Assembly: GCA_963787835.1 (NCBI GenBank)
Contig: CAWBEI010000004.1
Location: 352,001-416,000 of the forward strand
Source of the DNA: Ignavibacteriota bacterium
Lineage (GTDB): Bacteria; Bacteroidota; Ignavibacteria; Palsa-1295
Direction: 5' to 3'
DNA: 64,000 nt
Positions 62,309-64,000 of this stretch are shown in pieces. The notes beneath the pieces were generated by a model. That model did no database searches, was not told the origin of the DNA, and was given only the letters and a program-made list of their open reading frames with translations. Within the stretch, counting starts at the first letter, position 1. Each line of letters starts with the position of its first letter. The position numbers and the translations under genes were made by a program.

Positions 62309-63973
62309 TCAATAGCCCACGACTTTCCTGATAGATTTCCTCATGCAATACCAGAGAAATTGGAAAAATTCTTCTTTGCGATTTCGGGTATAACTGGTGG
62401 TTGCAGCGTACGCTTTTTTGTTTTTATCATCGACATTATTTGTTCGAATCACAAACGCATTTGCGATGACCGATTTAATGCCTTCGATAAGGCCACCTTT
62501 TTGTTTGGCATCGTCGGGTAAGATGTTAATGTGAAGATTGGAATAATGCGGGTCAACCGTGGTAACGCCTGTCCCAGATTTTACATGCACACGTAACTCG
62601 CCTGTGAGAAACTTCCCGTTTTGGACTTCTTTTCGTTCGTTGGTAATGAGATAAGAATTCAATGCTGAAAGATCGAACGGCCCCGCCGTCGCCTCGATCT
62701 GAAGATCGAGCTTTTTATGATGGATCGGGTAGATCATGGTGGCCATGACTTTGGATTGCCCCATAAAGTATCCACTGGTGTTAATTTGCACCGGCTGATT
62801 AAAGAGGGAACTCGTTGTATCGGTGCAAAACGGACGCGCAACAGCGTGAACGTCCGTCAGTGTGATCAGGCTTGCTTTCATGCTTCCGGAATCACGCTCC
62901 GAATGTTTGATGAACCCCTTATTGAGTATGATCGAATCCACCGTGACCGGAAGCGTGATCGAACGGATGAGATCGTTTGGCATGATTGCATCCGGCGGGT
63001 GAGGATCGGGCGGTTTACGGCGGTCGGCGTAATAATAGACGTACCAGGATGCCGCTTCGCACGATCGGATATCGAGCACGCCTTCCCGCATGAACTTCAC
63101 GAAATTAATTCCTTCCACACGCACACCGCTGCATCGAAGTTCCAATCTGCCACGAAGATATTTATTCTTGTCGGCGAACACTTGTTCGCTATAATTTGGA
63201 AGGTACGCAACGGTATCGATCGTTATCATGGAGTCCGCGAGACTGCCTCTGATACCACGAACTTCGATGGAGTACATGCTATCGTCAACCGGGTACTTGA
63301 TAGCGGGAAGTTCGAAATCAATGTGTTGTGAAAACAACGGTAGCTGCGGCAGCGAGCGCTTTAAGTCCAGCGAGAAATTAGTTAATTTAACGGAAATATT
63401 TCGATACGACGGCTTGATCGCTTTTTCAGGCAGCTTGCGAAGGAATAAGTTAATATCCCTTAACACAATACTATCGAATGAAATGACGGGAAGAATTAAA
63501 CCCTCTGTAAGGTTCGTCTTCGAAGTATCAAAGTTAACGTGATGGGGCAGTGCCGTGTCGGAGTCAATATCGATCACATATAGCTTTGGCTCGTTCAATT
63601 CCAGGCTTGCTAATTTTAAATCGTTGCCAGTCACGACATCCCACCATTGGATCCCATTAAATCGAGCGCTATCGATCACTAATCGTTCCAGCCCCATGCC
63701 ATGTTCGCTGCTGTCGTAAGCCACGCGCGTAAGGATAAATTTATCACAGACGAGTGTGCCGTGTGCATAGGAGATCTTTCCGAGCGCAAGCGTAAACCTG
63801 CCATGTGTTGCCTGAAAAGCCGCTTGTTGGATTTTCGGGATCACGACTGAATTGAGGGTGCCTTCGAAATAATACGAAAGAAACACCCAGATCGCTATGG
63901 CCAAGAGCACCGCTACTGTGCCCAGTGTAAAGACGATTAGTTTTAGGATCGATCGTTTTTTCATCACAAGCAT
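62309..63973 (-). CDS. AsmA-like/DUF748-type membrane-anchored periplasmic protein
   Basis: N-terminal TM; repeated beta-rich segments; IANAFVI..NN...RN.KEEFF.F.W C-terminus. Confidence 0.65.
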   Translation of the reverse strand: MLVMKKRSILKLIVFTLGTVAVLLAIAIWVFLSYYFEGTLNSVVIPKIQQAAFQATHGRFTLALGKISYAHGTLVCDKFILTRVAYDSSEHGMGLERLVIDSARFNGIQWWDVVTGNDLKLASLELNEPKLYVIDIDSDTALPHHVNFDTSKTNLTEGLILPVISFDSIVLRDINLFLRKLPEKAIKPSYRNISVKLTNFSLDLKRSLPQLPLFSQHIDFELPAIKYPVDDSMYSIEVRGIRGSLADSMITIDTVAYLPNYSEQVFADKNKYLRGRLELRCSGVRVEGINFVKFMREGVLDIRSCEAASWYVYYYADRRKPPDPHPPDAIMPNDLIRSITLPVTVDSIILNKGFIKHSERDSGSMKASLITLTDVHAVARPFCTDTTSSLFNQPVQINTSGYFMGQSKVMATMIYPIHHKKLDLQIEATAGPFDLSALNSYLITNERKEVQNGKFLTGELRVHVKSGTGVTTVDPHYSNLHINILPDDAKQKGGLIEGIKSVIANAFVIRTNNVDDKNKKAYAATTSYTRNRKEEFFQFLWYCMRKSIRKVVGY

Positions 63974-64000
63974 CTCTTACAACAAGGTTAGTATGGGGTG

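Overview
Bacterial chromosomal window from the FCB group. The 16S sequence, T9SS-type C-terminal domains, Gln-at-+1 signal peptides and TAnnTTTG-like promoter elements suggest a Ca. Kapabacteria/Ignavibacteria-like lineage (inference). Housekeeping genes are ruvX/yqgF, rel, rlpA, an AI-2E permease, rsmI, obgE, tRNA-Lys(CTT), marR, cca, trmO and a full ISC operon (iscR-iscS-iscU-iscA-hscB-hscA-fdx-iscX) with several extra genes interleaved, including gmhA and a divergent SOD. The 16S rRNA gene is not linked to a 23S gene. The most unusual items are: (1) a TatD nuclease fused through an internal signal peptide to a predicted outer-membrane beta-barrel; (2) a ~4,440-aa secreted tail-fibre-like protein with nine mosaic ~215-aa repeats, plus two smaller related genes; (3) two places where a cargo gene lies between a gene and a diverged copy of that gene's own 3' end, with no integrase nearby; (4) a DnaA-box cluster (oriC candidate) that shares a three-block element with the rRNA upstream region; (5) a low-GC nuclease-ATPase defence-like gene broken by one amber codon; (6) a RelE-type toxin-antitoxin cassette between 53-bp identical direct repeats; (7) many families of palindromic REP-like elements. 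Gene disruptions were seen only in accessory genes. All family assignments come from motif recognition by eye; no searches were run.
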